From assembly GCA_949467015.1 (NCBI GenBank), contig CASVZF010000003.1, forward strand, positions 3,921 to 67,920: a stretch of DNA of 64,000 nt, written 5' to 3'. A program made the position numbers and the translations under genes. The number at the start of each line of letters is the position of its first letter. Positions within the stretch are counted from its first letter, which is position 1. Source of the stretch: an uncultured Clostridium sp. Its GTDB lineage: Bacteria; Bacillota; Clostridia; TANB77; CAG-508. Positions 1 to 10,457 of the stretch are shown here, piece after piece. Below the pieces are notes generated by a model. That model made no database searches. It worked only from the letters and a program-made list of their open reading frames with translations, and had not been told where the DNA came from.

Positions 1-39
1 GGAGAGCTTTGCTCGTTAAAACCAAAGGAGGTAAAGAAA

Positions 40-726
40 ATGGGAAAGGTATCAAAAAGATACGCAGAAAGTGCAAAATTAGTTGATAAAACGAAAGAAT
101 ATGACGCAAAAGAAGCTTTAGAAATAATTGAAAAAATGCCAAAAACAAAATTTGATGAAACTGTTGAATTACATGTAAAATTAGGTGTTGATTCGAAACA
201 TGCAGACCAACAAGTTAGAGGTACAGTTGTACTTCCAAATGGTACAGGTAAAACACAAAAGGTTTTAGTGTTTGCGAAAGGACCAAAAGCTGAAGAGGCA
301 GAAAAAGCAGGAGCAGATTTTGTTGGAGCAGAAGAATTGATTCCAAAAATTCAAAATGAAAACTGGTTTGACTATGACGTTGTAGTTGCAACACCTGATA
401 TGATGGGTGTAGTAGGAAGATTAGGTAAAGTATTAGGACCAAAAGGATTAATGCCAAACCCTAAATCAGGAACAGTTACTATGGATGTAACAAAGGCAAT
501 TAGTGAAATTAAATCTGGTAAAGTAGAATATAGACTTGACAAAAATAATATTATTCACTTAGGATTTGGAAAAGTTTCATTTGGAGCTGATAAATTATTT
601 GAAAACTACGATGTAATAATGAATGCAATTATAAAAGCTAAACCAGCAGCAGCTAAAGGCCAATACATTAAAAGTGTTGCATTAACAACAACAATGGGAC
701 CAAGTATATTCATAAATCAAAAATAA
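40..726 (+). CDS. rplA: 50S ribosomal protein L1
   Basis: 228-aa ORF with RBS aaaggagg upstream. Sequence ([10 protein letters not shown]...[14 protein letters not shown]) is typical L1. Lies upstream of rplJ-rplL. Confidence 0.95.
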   Translation: MGKVSKRYAESAKLVDKTKEYDAKEALEIIEKMPKTKFDETVELHVKLGVDSKHADQQVRGTVVLPNGTGKTQKVLVFAKGPKAEEAEKAGADFVGAEELIPKIQNENWFDYDVVVATPDMMGVVGRLGKVLGPKGLMPNPKSGTVTMDVTKAISEIKSGKVEYRLDKNNIIHLGFGKVSFGADKLFENYDVIMNAIIKAKPAAAKGQYIKSVALTTTMGPSIFINQK

Positions 727-930
727 AATGATAGAAGAGCCAAAGACAGTAGGCAAAAATTAAGTTAGCTGTTCGAAGCAAAGCAAGTTACAGATAACTT
801 ATGCATAGCTAAGTCCTACCTAGGTAAAAGAATAAAGAGAAGATAAAGCACTCTTTTAGTAAACCTAGGATAGGAACTAAAAGAGTGTTATTTATTTTAC
901 TATTTATCAATTTTAGGAGGTGAAAAATAA
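727..930 (+). promoter_or_regulatory. Ribosomal protein L10 (rplJ) leader with attenuator-like terminator
   Basis: 204-nt untranslated spacer between rplA and rplJ, where Firmicutes carry the L10(L12)4 autoregulatory leader. Hairpin cactcttttag (849-859) / ctaaaagagtg (877-887) is followed by a T-rich run, then RBS aggaggtg. Confidence 0.55.
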
Positions 931-1509
931 ATGGCAAGTGAAGCAATATTAAATCAAAAGAAAGCAGAAGTAAAAGAATTAGCAGAAAAAATGAAAAATG
1001 CTAAATTAATACTTTTAACAGAATACAGAGGAATTAATGTTACAGATGATACACAATTAAGAAAAGATTTAAGAAATGCAAATGCTACTTGCAATGTTAT
1101 AAAAAACAATATAACAAAAAGAGCATTAGCTGAATGTGGTATCGAAGGATTAGAAGACAAGTTAGTAGGACCAACAGCTGTAATTATGAGCCAAGAGGAC
1201 TACTTAGAACCTTCAAAGACGATTTATAAATTCAGTAAGGACAACGAATTTTATAAAATCAAAGGTGGTGTAATTGATGGAAAAGTAATGACGGCAGAAG
1301 AAATTGTTACATTAGCAAAATTACCATCAAGAGAAACATTATTATCAATGCTTGCTGGAGCATTACTTTCAAATATTTCAAAAGTTGCAGTTGCATTAAA
1401 TGAAGTAAAAAAACAAAAAGAAGAAGCTGGAGAAAAAGTGGAAGTAGCTGTAGCAGCTGAAGCACCAGCAACAGAAGAAACAACAACAGATGAAGCAAAA
1501 GCGGAATAA
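931..1509 (+). CDS. rplJ: 50S ribosomal protein L10
   Basis: 192-aa ORF between rplA and rplL. N-terminal region is L10-like (KKAEVKELAEKMKNAKLILLTEYRGINV), with an acidic Ala/Glu-rich tail. Confidence 0.92.
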   Translation: MASEAILNQKKAEVKELAEKMKNAKLILLTEYRGINVTDDTQLRKDLRNANATCNVIKNNITKRALAECGIEGLEDKLVGPTAVIMSQEDYLEPSKTIYKFSKDNEFYKIKGGVIDGKVMTAEEIVTLAKLPSRETLLSMLAGALLSNISKVAVALNEVKKQKEEAGEKVEVAVAAEAPATEETTTDEAKAE

Positions 1510-1604
1510 TTAAAACAAGTAAGGTTTAACTTGTATAAAAATAAACCTAAAATAAAGAGTAGTGAATATTTATATCACTAGTAAAATTATAGGAGGATTT
1601 TAAA

Positions 1605-1976
1605 ATGGAAAAAATAGAAAAATTAATTGAAGAAATCGACGCTTTAACAGTTGTTGAATTAAATGACTTAGTAAAAGCTATCGAAGAAAAATATGGAGTG
1701 TCTGCAGTAGCAGCAGCTGCACCAGCAGCTGGAGGAGCAGCAGCTGGAGCTGCCGCTGAAGAAAAAACATCTTTCGATGTTGTATTAGCAGAAGCTGGAG
1801 ATCAAAAAATTAAAGTTATCAAAGTAGTTAGAGATGCTACAGGATTAGGATTAAAAGAAGCTAAAGAATTAGTAGACGGAGCACCAAAAACAGTTAAAGA
1901 AGGAGCTTCTAAAGAAGAAGCTGAAGACTTAAAAGCTAAATTTGCTGAAGTTGGAGCTGTTGTTGAATTAAAATAG
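1605..1976 (+). CDS. rplL: 50S ribosomal protein L7/L12
   Basis: 123 aa with an Ala-rich hinge and a conserved C-terminal domain ([32 protein letters not shown]). Confidence 0.96.
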   Translation: MEKIEKLIEEIDALTVVELNDLVKAIEEKYGVSAVAAAAPAAGGAAAGAAAEEKTSFDVVLAEAGDQKIKVIKVVRDATGLGLKEAKELVDGAPKTVKEGASKEEAEDLKAKFAEVGAVVELK

Positions 1977-2010
1977 TTTTTAGTATATAAAATATTAAAC
2001 TAATATAAAA

Positions 2011-2047
2011 AAGAGGTTAAAACTTAACATGTTTTAACCTCTTTTTT
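2011..2047. terminator. Bidirectional intrinsic terminator (rplL / convergent RHH gene)
   Basis: Perfect 13-bp stem aagaggttaaaac / gttttaacctctt, flanked by an A-run and a T-run. Confidence 0.75.
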
Positions 2048-2061
2048 ATATGGTCAAAAAA

Positions 2062-2250
2062 TCATAATTCTTCTTTATTATCAAGGGCATATTCAATGCA
2101 TTTTAAAATTAATGTATTGATGCTAATATTACATTTTTGTGAATAATCTTCTAAATCATTCTGTAACTTTTCAGTTAGTCTTAAAGAAAATCTTACATTT
2201 GGAGCATCAGTATAGCTTGGGTTAAATTTCTTCTTATTATCTTCCATCAA
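2062..2250 (-). CDS. Ribbon-helix-helix (CopG/Arc-like) small DNA-binding protein
   Basis: 62 aa with a VRFSLRLTEKL beta-strand followed by two helices. Paralogous to the element-borne ORF 47629-47814 (shared VRF...C-EYALDN). Confidence 0.6.
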   Translation of the reverse strand: MMEDNKKKFNPSYTDAPNVRFSLRLTEKLQNDLEDYSQKCNISINTLILKCIEYALDNKEEL

Positions 2251-2373
2251 TATCCCTCCAATATTAAAATTATAAATAATATTTGGAATTAAATATAGCG
2301 TTATATTTGACGCTATTTAAAAATATAAGAAAATAGTAAAATAAAATAAATAGAATAATTAGGAGGAAAAAAT

Positions 2374-3078
2374 ATGGAAGAAACAAAACAAGGAAAAGCC
2401 CCTGAAGTAGAAAAAAGAGATGAAATGATTAATGCTTGTATTAGGAGGCAAGCAGTAATAAAGAGCAAATTTCCTGACATTTTAAAAGCACCTAAAAGTA
2501 TTCAGGATGAATGGTCTGAAATACATGGAGTAAAAAATGCTTTACAAGTTTCACGTATGGGAGAAACTTGGGGAAGAACAATATCATCTGATGGTTGTGA
2601 AGTTGATAAGTTTATGTTGAAAAGATATGAAGAAGCATTAGCTAATTCTTCAGTACTAAAAAAAGAAAATGAAACATATATAACACCTGAAGAAGAGGAA
2701 GCTTTTGAATTCCCTGAAATAGATTTTGATAGTTTAAGAGAAGAATTAGATTCTGTGAAAACTTTTGATGAACGAAGAGAACTTTATAATAAAGTAATGA
2801 AGCTTAGTCAAGAACCATTACCAGAAAATATACAAGAAAAACTTTCTAACTTAGGAGTAGAAGTAGGGCAAAAAGAAGTATCATATTTTAAGGAAGAAGG
2901 TAAAGTACCTGCACCTGTAAAGCAATCTAAATTTGCACAAATATATCAAAAAGCTAAAGGAAAATTAAAAGGTGTTGTAGATAATTTAAAAAGTAGGTTT
3001 AATAACAAAGAAAAAAACATCGAAGAAAAAGATAATGAGCAAGGACAAGAATATAATAACGATGGAGAAGAGAGATAA
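2374..3078 (+). CDS. Hypothetical acidic protein
   Basis: 234-aa ORF with strong RBS aggagg. No family recognised. Confidence 0.55.
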   Translation: MEETKQGKAPEVEKRDEMINACIRRQAVIKSKFPDILKAPKSIQDEWSEIHGVKNALQVSRMGETWGRTISSDGCEVDKFMLKRYEEALANSSVLKKENETYITPEEEEAFEFPEIDFDSLREELDSVKTFDERRELYNKVMKLSQEPLPENIQEKLSNLGVEVGQKEVSYFKEEGKVPAPVKQSKFAQIYQKAKGKLKGVVDNLKSRFNNKEKNIEEKDNEQGQEYNNDGEER

Positions 3079-3101
3079 AAAATACAAAGGAAGGAACATA
3101 T

Positions 3102-3548
3102 ATGGAAGATAGATATGCAAGAGCATTAAAAGAAGTTTATGTTATTTTAGAAAATTCAGAAGAAAAAATAAAACGAAAAATCCCTGAAAACTTTAAATTA
3201 TTTGTTAGTAAAAATATGGACAAAGAATATATTCTTAACATTAACTTTAATAATGAAGCATGGGAAGATACTATTATGGAAGAAACACAGCAAATTTTAG
3301 CAGTTATCTATAGAGATTATTTAGTAACAAAAGAAGAAAGGGAAGAATTATTAAAAGAAGAATCTGAAGAAGAAAAAAGAATAGAACAGGAATTAAGAGA
3401 AAAGTATAATCCAGATAATATTTTTAAAAAACATAAGGAAAAAGAAGAGTCCGATGATACCAATGCTAATACAAGTATGATCAAAATAGAAGAAATAAAG
3501 TGGTATAAAAAGTTTATTAATAAGATTTTGTCATTATTTAAAAAATAA
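3102..3548 (+). CDS. Hypothetical Glu/Lys-rich protein
   Basis: 148-aa ORF with RBS aaggaagg, co-directional with the previous ORF. No family recognised. Confidence 0.5.
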   Translation: MEDRYARALKEVYVILENSEEKIKRKIPENFKLFVSKNMDKEYILNINFNNEAWEDTIMEETQQILAVIYRDYLVTKEEREELLKEESEEEKRIEQELREKYNPDNIFKKHKEKEESDDTNANTSMIKIEEIKWYKKFINKILSLFKK

Positions 3549-3576
3549 AAGTATTATATCAACAATCTTTTTACGG

Positions 3577-3603
3577 AACAAGCCGTTTAGGGCTTGTTTT
3601 TTT
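3577..3603 (+). terminator. Intrinsic terminator
   Basis: Stem acaagcc / ggcttgt followed by a T7 run. Confidence 0.65.
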
Positions 3604-3660
3604 GGTAAAAAAAGTATATAATAGAAAACAAATTGAGATTAGGAAAGGATGAGATGAATA

Positions 3661-3948
3661 ATGCAAGTAAGCAAAGAAGAGATTTTACACATAGCTAATT
3701 TAGCAAACTTGAATTTGGAAGAAAATGAAGTAGATACGTATTTATTACATCTACAAGACATATTAAATTTCGCAAATATTGTAAATAATGTACCGGTAGA
3801 AGGATTAGATGTAACAATAGGCGCCAATGAAGCAAAAAATGTATTTAGAAAAGATGAAGTAAAGAGATTCGAAGATACCGAGGCCTTATTGCAAAATGCT
3901 GAGTCAAAAGAACAAAACATGTTCAAAATACCAAAGGTAATTAATTAG
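3661..3948 (+). CDS. gatC: Asp/Glu-tRNA(Asn/Gln) amidotransferase subunit C
   Basis: 95 aa; sequence (VSKEEILHIANLANLNLEENEV...DEV) is GatC-like. Lies upstream of gatA and gatB. Confidence 0.9.
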   Translation: MQVSKEEILHIANLANLNLEENEVDTYLLHLQDILNFANIVNNVPVEGLDVTIGANEAKNVFRKDEVKRFEDTEALLQNAESKEQNMFKIPKVIN

Positions 3949-3956
3949 GAGGAAAT

Positions 3957-4556
3957 ATGAACATAGGAATTGATATTGATGATACCATATCAGACACATA
4001 TACTACTTTGCTTGAATATGCACAAAAATATACGATAGAAGAATTAAAAAAAAGTCCGATTTTGGATAATACGAAAATGACGAATCATTCTTATATTGAA
4101 TTAATGCATCATTGGACAAAAGAAGAAACGCTTAAGTTTTGGGATAAGTATTATGCAGAAATATTAAGAAAGGTGCATATAAAAACATTTGCTACAGAGA
4201 AAATAAAAAAGTTAAAAGAAAAAGGACATAAAATATACTTAATTACAGCAAGGTGGGATATGAAAAACGATAATGTAAAAGAAACTACATTGGAATGGTT
4301 AAGAAACAATGATGTCAAATATGATGAATTTTTTATGAATGCTGAGGAAAAGCTTAAAATCGTAAAATATAAAAATATAGATGTCTTTGTAGATGATAGT
4401 TTTGATAATTGTAAGAGTATTGCTTATGGAAGCAATGCAAGAGTATTTTTGATGGATACAAGAGTAAATCAAAATTTAGAAGATGAAAAAATAACGAGAG
4501 TGTATTCGTGGCCACATGTATATCAAGAGATAATGAAACTAAGGGAGGAAAATTAA
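3957..4556 (+). CDS. HAD-superfamily 5-prime(3-prime)-nucleotidase-like hydrolase
   Basis: HAD motif I DIDDT near the N-terminus ([13 protein letters not shown]), ITAR motif, and a late VFVDDS motif. Its stop overlaps the gatA start (TAATG). Confidence 0.7.
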   Translation: MNIGIDIDDTISDTYTTLLEYAQKYTIEELKKSPILDNTKMTNHSYIELMHHWTKEETLKFWDKYYAEILRKVHIKTFATEKIKKLKEKGHKIYLITARWDMKNDNVKETTLEWLRNNDVKYDEFFMNAEEKLKIVKYKNIDVFVDDSFDNCKSIAYGSNARVFLMDTRVNQNLEDEKITRVYSWPHVYQEIMKLREEN

Positions 4557-6025
4557 TGGATATTACAGAATTAACAGTTCATGAATTACAAGAAAAATTA
4601 AAAAAGAAAGAGTTGACAATAACTCAAATTACAAAAGCTTATACAGATAGAATTAATGAAAAAGAAAAAGATGTACAAGCTTTTGTTACCGTATTAACAG
4701 AGCAAGCTAATAAGCAAGCAGAAGAAATAGAAGAAAAAATAAAGAATGGTGGAATAAGGGGAGAGTTAGCTGGTATTCCAATTGGTATTAAAGATAATAT
4801 GTGTACAAAGGGAATAAAAACAACTTGTAGCTCTCGTATGTTAGAGAATTTTGTTGCCCCTTATGATGCCACAGTAATAGAAAAGATAAATGCAGAAAAC
4901 ATGATAGACTTAGGAAAATTAAATATGGATGAATTTGCTATGGGAGGTTCAACAGAATATTCTTATTTCAAAAAAACAAGAAATCCATGGAATTTAAATA
5001 AAGTACCAGGAGGGTCATCAGGAGGATCAGCAGCAGCAGTAGCATCTAATATGGTTCCTTGGGCTTTAGGATCTGACACAGGAGGATCCATTAGACAACC
5101 GTCTAGTTTTTGTGGAGTGGTTGGATTAAAGCCAACCTATGGCTTAGTTTCAAGATATGGATTAGTAGCGTTTGCTTCTTCACTAGACCAAATCGGACCA
5201 ATTACAAAAGATGTGTATGATAGTGCTATGTTATTAAATCTAATAGCTGGACATGATGAAAAAGATACCACATCAGAAAAAAGAGAAAAAATTGATTATA
5301 CTAAGTGCTTGAAAAATGATGTAAAAGGATTGAGAATCGGTGTGCCAAAAGAATTCTTTGGAGAAGGAATAAACGAAGAGGTAAAACAATCTTTAGAAAA
5401 TGCAATTGAAAAATACAAAGAACTAGGAGCAGAAATAGAAGAATTTTCATTAGATATAGCACAATATGCTTTAGCAACTTATTACATTGTTGCCTGTGCG
5501 GAAGCAAGCTCAAATTTAGGAAGATTTGATGGAATTCGTTATGGATATCGAACAAAAGAATTTAAAAATCTAAAAGAGCTTTATAGAAAATCTAGAAGTG
5601 AAGGATTTGGACCAGAAGTAAAAAGAAGAATTATATTGGGAACCTATGTATTATCTTCAGGGTACTATGATGCTTATTATAAAAAAGCACAACAAGTACG
5701 TACTTTAGTAATGAACGAATTTGACAAAGCATTTGAAAAATATGATGTTATATTAACACCAACCTCACCAACTGTTGCCTTTGATATAGGAGCGAAATCA
5801 AACAATCCACTAGAAATGTATTTATCTGATATTTGTACGGTTTCTGTGAATATTGCAGGTCTTCCTGGAATCTCTATTCCTTGTGGTGTAGATAAAGAAG
5901 GAATGCCAATTGGAATGCAATTAATCGGAAATAAATTCTGTGAAGAAACTATATTAAATGCGGCTTACACTTTCGAACAAGCTATCCAATTTAGAGAAAA
6001 ATACAAACCAGAATTTAAAAAATGA
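4556..6025 (+). CDS. gatA: Glutamyl-tRNA(Gln) amidotransferase subunit A
   Basis: Amidase signature [12 protein letters not shown] and [16 protein letters not shown]. Start chosen at MDITELTV (ATG 4556), preceded by RBS agggagga. Confidence 0.95.
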   Translation: MDITELTVHELQEKLKKKELTITQITKAYTDRINEKEKDVQAFVTVLTEQANKQAEEIEEKIKNGGIRGELAGIPIGIKDNMCTKGIKTTCSSRMLENFVAPYDATVIEKINAENMIDLGKLNMDEFAMGGSTEYSYFKKTRNPWNLNKVPGGSSGGSAAAVASNMVPWALGSDTGGSIRQPSSFCGVVGLKPTYGLVSRYGLVAFASSLDQIGPITKDVYDSAMLLNLIAGHDEKDTTSEKREKIDYTKCLKNDVKGLRIGVPKEFFGEGINEEVKQSLENAIEKYKELGAEIEEFSLDIAQYALATYYIVACAEASSNLGRFDGIRYGYRTKEFKNLKELYRKSRSEGFGPEVKRRIILGTYVLSSGYYDAYYKKAQQVRTLVMNEFDKAFEKYDVILTPTSPTVAFDIGAKSNNPLEMYLSDICTVSVNIAGLPGISIPCGVDKEGMPIGMQLIGNKFCEETILNAAYTFEQAIQFREKYKPEFKK

Positions 6026-6027
6026 GA

Positions 6028-6140
6028 CAGTGGGGACAGGCCTAAAGTGTCTCATAAAAAAATCGAAATAAGTCGAAAAATATAAAAAATACAAAAAACG
6101 ACAAAAAACATGAGACACTTTGGGACTGTCCCTAGTGTTT
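6028..6140. repeat. Palindromic MITE-like repeat, family A, copy 1 (inside gatA-gatB spacer)
   Basis: Inverted arms gggacaggcctaaagtgtctcat (6033-6055) / atgagacactttgggactgtccc (6110-6132). The A-rich interior (..gtcgaaaaa..aaaaacgacaaaa..) is shared with copies at 17196-17323 and 26505-26628. Confidence 0.85.
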
Positions 6141-6156
6141 CAAAAGGAGGAAATAG

Positions 6157-7596
6157 ATGTCAAGAGAAGATTATGAAGTGGTAATGGGATTAGAAGTGCA
6201 TGCAGAGCTTTCTACCAAGACAAAGATATTTTGTTCTTGCCCAACAGATTTTGGAGCAGAACCTAATTCTCAAACTTGTCCAATTTGTATGGCTATGCCA
6301 GGAACATTACCAGTATTAAATGAAAAAGTTGTAGAATATGCTGTGAAAGCAGGTTTAGCTACTAATTGTGAAATTTCTAGAAATAGTAAAAATGATAGGA
6401 AAAATTATTTTTATCCAGACCTTCCGAAGTCTTATCAGATTTCCCAATTTGATAAACCACTTTGCGAGCATGGATATGTAGAAATTGAAATAAATGGAGA
6501 AAAGAAGAAAATTCGATTAACTAGAATTCATATAGAAGAAGATGCTGGAAAATTAAATCATGATGAATTTGGAGGAGGGAGTTTAGTAGACTTAAATAGA
6601 GCAGGAGTACCTCTAATTGAAATTGTATCAGAACCAGATTTAAGAAGTCCAGAAGAAGTGGAACAATATTTAAGAAAATTAAAATCAATCTTAGAATATA
6701 TTGAGGTATCAGATTGCAAAATGCAAGAAGGTTCACTAAGAGCAGATGTTAATGTTTCTGTTAGAAAAAAGGGAGATACTGAGCTTGGAACTCGTACGGA
6801 AATGAAGAATATGAACTCTTTTAGAAGTATTGTAAGAGCCATCGAGTATGAAGTGGATAGACAAATAGATGTGATTGAAGAAGGCGGAAAAATAGAACAA
6901 GAGACTTTAAGATGGGATGATGTTTCAGGAAAAACATTCCCTATGAGAGATAAAGAGGATGCACAAGATTATCGTTATTTCCCTGACCCAGATTTAGTGG
7001 CTATTAAGCTTTCAGAGGAATATATTGAAAATATAAAGAATAGTCTACCAGAACTACCAGAAAGCAGAAAAGAAAGATATCTAGAAGAATACCAATTATC
7101 AGAAAAAGATGCTAAATTAATTACCTCTTCTAAATATTTATCAGATTTATTTGAAAATGCTGTAAAAGTATGTAATAATCCGAAAGCAGTTAATAACTGG
7201 ATTATTTCGGATATATCAAGAATTTTAAATGAAACAGAAATGGAACCAATTCAAATACCATTTGATAGCAATCAATTAGGCAAATTAGTAATCTTAATTG
7301 ATAAAGGGACAATTAGTTCAAGTATTGGAAAAAAAGTATTAGTAGAATTGTTTGAGAATCCAAGAGACCCGGAAGAAATTATAAAAGAAAAAGGATGGAT
7401 TCAAATTTCAGATGAAGGTGCGATTAAAGAGGTGGTATTAAAAGTACTAGAAGCAAATCCTCAATCCATAGCAGATTATAAAGGTGGAAAGGATAAAGCA
7501 CTAGGATTTTTAGTAGGACAAGCTATGAAAGAGACTAAGGGAAAAGCAAATCCACAAATGCTAAATAAAATGTTTCTAGATGAATTGAATCAGTAA
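6157..7596 (+). CDS. gatB: Asp/Glu-tRNA amidotransferase subunit B
   Basis: 479 aa; sequence (YEVVMGLEVHAELST..KIFC.C...RIHIEEDAGK) is typical GatB. Confidence 0.95.
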   Translation: MSREDYEVVMGLEVHAELSTKTKIFCSCPTDFGAEPNSQTCPICMAMPGTLPVLNEKVVEYAVKAGLATNCEISRNSKNDRKNYFYPDLPKSYQISQFDKPLCEHGYVEIEINGEKKKIRLTRIHIEEDAGKLNHDEFGGGSLVDLNRAGVPLIEIVSEPDLRSPEEVEQYLRKLKSILEYIEVSDCKMQEGSLRADVNVSVRKKGDTELGTRTEMKNMNSFRSIVRAIEYEVDRQIDVIEEGGKIEQETLRWDDVSGKTFPMRDKEDAQDYRYFPDPDLVAIKLSEEYIENIKNSLPELPESRKERYLEEYQLSEKDAKLITSSKYLSDLFENAVKVCNNPKAVNNWIISDISRILNETEMEPIQIPFDSNQLGKLVILIDKGTISSSIGKKVLVELFENPRDPEEIIKEKGWIQISDEGAIKEVVLKVLEANPQSIADYKGGKDKALGFLVGQAMKETKGKANPQMLNKMFLDELNQ

Positions 7597-7601
7597 AACA
7601 T

Positions 7602-7635
7602 AAAAAGGTATGACCAAAAGGTGATACCTTTTTTA
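7602..7635 (+). terminator. Intrinsic terminator after gatB
   Basis: Stem aaaaggtat / ataccttttt with a T-run. Confidence 0.7.
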
Positions 7636-7887
7636 TTATATTAACTGCTTTTTGATACCATCTATTACAAATCCACATATAATAAATTCGGTTCCAAAAA
7701 TTAGACTAAGTTTAAATAAAGTGATTCCTACATAATAAATGCTTGGAGAAAGGATGAATAGATCGTATGTAAATAAAATAGAAATAGATATCATACATAA
7801 AGCTAAGCAAAATTTCAAACCATTTTTTAAAATCTTATATGTAATTTTTTCAAAATTTTTATAATTTTCTAATATCTTTTTAAACAT
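7636..7887 (-). CDS. Small membrane protein (hypothetical)
   Basis: 83-aa ORF with two hydrophobic segments. No family recognised. Confidence 0.4.
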   Translation of the reverse strand: MFKKILENYKNFEKITYKILKNGLKFCLALCMISISILFTYDLFILSPSIYYVGITLFKLSLIFGTEFIICGFVIDGIKKQLI

Positions 7888-8091
7888 AATACACCTCTAA
7901 CTAAATAGTATCTATTATTATCTTAGCATGATAGTATGAGAAAGACAATGGGAATTGTTACCATCAACAAAATAACAAATTTTTCTAGATAAATAGTATT
8001 CGAAAAGAAACTGTAATAAAAAAGAATAGAATATTCATTTATAGAATATTCTATTCTTAAATAAAAACTATGCATAATCTTTATTTTAGGT

Positions 8092-8358
8092 TTAAGCCAT
8101 AGCTGCATTTAATTTTTTTGATAAGTTAGATTTTTTTCTAGAAGCTGTATTTTTTACGATAACACCTTTACTACAAGCTTGATCTATTTTTTTAGTAGCT
8201 TGTGATAATAAAACTTTAGCTTCATCAATTTTTCCAGCCTCAACAGCTTCTTCAAATTTTTTGATAGCTGATTTATATCCAGATTTAATCATATTATTTC
8301 TTAAAGTCTTTTTCTCAATTACTTTAACTCTTTTTTTAGCTGATTTAATATTTGGCAT
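8092..8358 (-). CDS. rpsT: 30S ribosomal protein S20
   Basis: The N-terminus [21 protein letters not shown] is a diagnostic S20 start. Confidence 0.93.
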   Translation of the reverse strand: MPNIKSAKKRVKVIEKKTLRNNMIKSGYKSAIKKFEEAVEAGKIDEAKVLLSQATKKIDQACSKGVIVKNTASRKKSNLSKKLNAAMA

Positions 8359-8561
8359 ATTACATTAGCACCTCCTCTTAGTCTATATTACATTATAACA
8401 TATGGTATTTTATCATATTTTTCAGTAATTTGCAAGTAAAATAGGAAATTCTATAAAAAAAGTTTTAAAAGTCAGTTAATCCACACTTTTTTAAATAAAA
8501 TTATTGTAAAATAAACAAACTTATGGTATAGTGAAAAAGAAAAAAACAAGGAGGGATACCT

Positions 8562-9008
8562 ATGATAGCAATTGGTAGTGACCATGGAGGATATAAATTA
8601 AAAGAGGAAATAAAAAAATATCTAGATGAAAAAGATATAAAATACAAAGATTTTGGATGCATGAATGAAGAAAGAGTAGAATATCCTAATATTGCAAAAG
8701 AAGTTGCAAAAGAAGTTCAAAGTAGAAAGTATGAGTCAGGAATATTAATTTGCCGTTCTGGCATGGGAATGAGTATAGTAGCCAATAAGTTCAAAGGTAT
8801 TAGATGTACACCTTGCCACAACGAATACACAGCTAAATATTCAAGATTGCACAACAATAGCAATATATTAGCGATAGGAGCAGATGATGTTTCGACAAAT
8901 GAGGCAATTTGTATATTAAGAATGTGGCTTGCAACCGAATTTGAAGGTGGAAGACACGAAGAGAGACTAAAAATAATAGAGGAAATAGAAAACGAAAACA
9001 TGAAATAG
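8562..9008 (+). CDS. rpiB: Ribose-5-phosphate isomerase B
   Basis: LacAB/RpiB family features: [17 protein letters not shown] and [17 protein letters not shown]. Confidence 0.9.
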   Translation: MIAIGSDHGGYKLKEEIKKYLDEKDIKYKDFGCMNEERVEYPNIAKEVAKEVQSRKYESGILICRSGMGMSIVANKFKGIRCTPCHNEYTAKYSRLHNNSNILAIGADDVSTNEAICILRMWLATEFEGGRHEERLKIIEEIENENMK

Positions 9009-9021
9009 GAGGCTAAAATCT

Positions 9022-10257
9022 ATGTGGGGAGATATAGCAATTGCATTCTTACTAGCATTCATAGTTACTTTTATGGCAACACCATATACTATAAAAATTG
9101 CACATAAAGTAGGAGCAGTTGATGTTCCAAAAGATGAAAGAAGAATGCATAAAAAAGCAATGCCTAAATTTGGTGGACCTGCAGTTATCTTAGGTTTTTT
9201 AGTATCTGTTATTTACTTGCTTATTGTAATGAGTATGGAGAATACAATTAATTTATTTGGATCAGAAAGTTACGGAATGAAGTTATTAGGAATGTTTCTG
9301 GGAATATTGGTAATAAGTATAACTTGTATGATAGATGATATAATAACCATAAAACCAATCGTAAAACTAATAGGACAAGTAGTGGCAGCAGCTATCGTAG
9401 TGGGATTTGGAGTTAGAATTGGAGACTTTAATGTAGTATTTTTTAATACATCTGAATTAGGTGAAATATTTTCTGTTTTATTAACTATAATATGGATAGT
9501 AGGAGTAACAAATGCAATTAATCTAATAGATGGTTTAGATGGATTAGCAGCGGGAATTTCCGTTATATCAGCAATATCCTTATTAGTCATATTTGTTTTA
9601 AATGGTTCACCACTTATATCCATTGTTTTAATAACTGCGCTAGCTGGAGCATTAGTAGGATTTTTACCTTTTAACTTTTCACCAGCAAAAACATTTATAG
9701 GAGATACAGGGTCAAATTTCCTAGGGTTTTCTTTATCAATTATAGCAATATTAGGGGTAGCAAAGACTTATACGATAGCAGTTATTGTATTACCATTAAT
9801 TGTATTAGGATTACCAATATTTGATACCTTGTGGGCTATTATAAGAAGGCTGATTAAAGGAAAATCAATTAAAGCAATTTTTAAAGCAGATAAAGGACAT
9901 TTACATCATAGAATTGTTGCAAAAGGATTTAGTCAAAAACAAGCAGTTCTAATTTTATATGGCATAGGTGCAACATTTGGAATATTTGCGGTTATACTAT
10001 TAGATAGTGGAATATGGAAAGCATTATCTTTCTTATTAATGGTAATTGTAGCAATCGGTTTAGGATATAAGAACTTTCAAGAAGAAAAGTCAGATATTAA
10101 AAAATATGAATGTGTGGAATGCAAATATATTTATAATCCTAAATTTGGAAATGAGAGAGCAGGAATTAAACCGGGAACATCATTTGATGATTTACCAGAG
10201 GATTGGGTTTGCCCAGTCTGTGGAGAAGGAAAAGATATGTTTGAAATACATCAATAG
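9022..10257 (+). CDS. Glycosyltransferase family 4 (WecA/TagO/MraY-like polyprenyl-phosphate sugar-1-P transferase) fused to a C-terminal rubredoxin domain
   Basis: Multi-TM protein with [15 protein letters not shown] and [12 protein letters not shown] motifs. The last ~50 aa (about 10105-10254) read [10 protein letters not shown]...[14 protein letters not shown], a rubredoxin CxxC...CPxCG pattern. Confidence 0.85.
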   Translation: MWGDIAIAFLLAFIVTFMATPYTIKIAHKVGAVDVPKDERRMHKKAMPKFGGPAVILGFLVSVIYLLIVMSMENTINLFGSESYGMKLLGMFLGILVISITCMIDDIITIKPIVKLIGQVVAAAIVVGFGVRIGDFNVVFFNTSELGEIFSVLLTIIWIVGVTNAINLIDGLDGLAAGISVISAISLLVIFVLNGSPLISIVLITALAGALVGFLPFNFSPAKTFIGDTGSNFLGFSLSIIAILGVAKTYTIAVIVLPLIVLGLPIFDTLWAIIRRLIKGKSIKAIFKADKGHLHHRIVAKGFSQKQAVLILYGIGATFGIFAVILLDSGIWKALSFLLMVIVAIGLGYKNFQEEKSDIKKYECVECKYIYNPKFGNERAGIKPGTSFDDLPEDWVCPVCGEGKDMFEIHQ

Positions 10258-10288
10258 CAGTAGAAAATGGCTAAGGAGGTGAAGAAAG

Positions 10289-10444
10289 ATGTATGTATGT
10301 TTAGCCTGTGGATATGTATATGATCCAGAAAAAGGAGATCCAGATAGTGGGATTGCTCCAGGAACAGCTTTCGAAGATATACCAGATACTTGGGTTTGCC
10401 CAATTTGTGGAGTAGGAAAAGATATGTTTCAAAAACAAGATTAA
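10289..10444 (+). CDS. Rubredoxin (51 aa; below the ORF-track size cutoff)
   Basis: My translation gives [54 protein letters not shown] aaggagg lies upstream. Confidence 0.88.
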   Translation: MYVCLACGYVYDPEKGDPDSGIAPGTAFEDIPDTWVCPICGVGKDMFQKQD

Positions 10445-10457
10445 TAAAATGAAAAGT

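Noticed and set aside
215-9623. Numerous ORF-track entries antisense to well-supported genes (for example 215-457, 954-1160, 1307-1498, 3639-3926, 5301-5555, 6521-6842, 8717-9001 and 9270-9623, plus similar ones throughout the window).
   Set aside because: They lie fully inside, and opposite to, conserved genes. They lack an RBS and have the Leu/Phe/Ile/Ser-rich low-complexity composition expected from antisense frames of AT-rich DNA.
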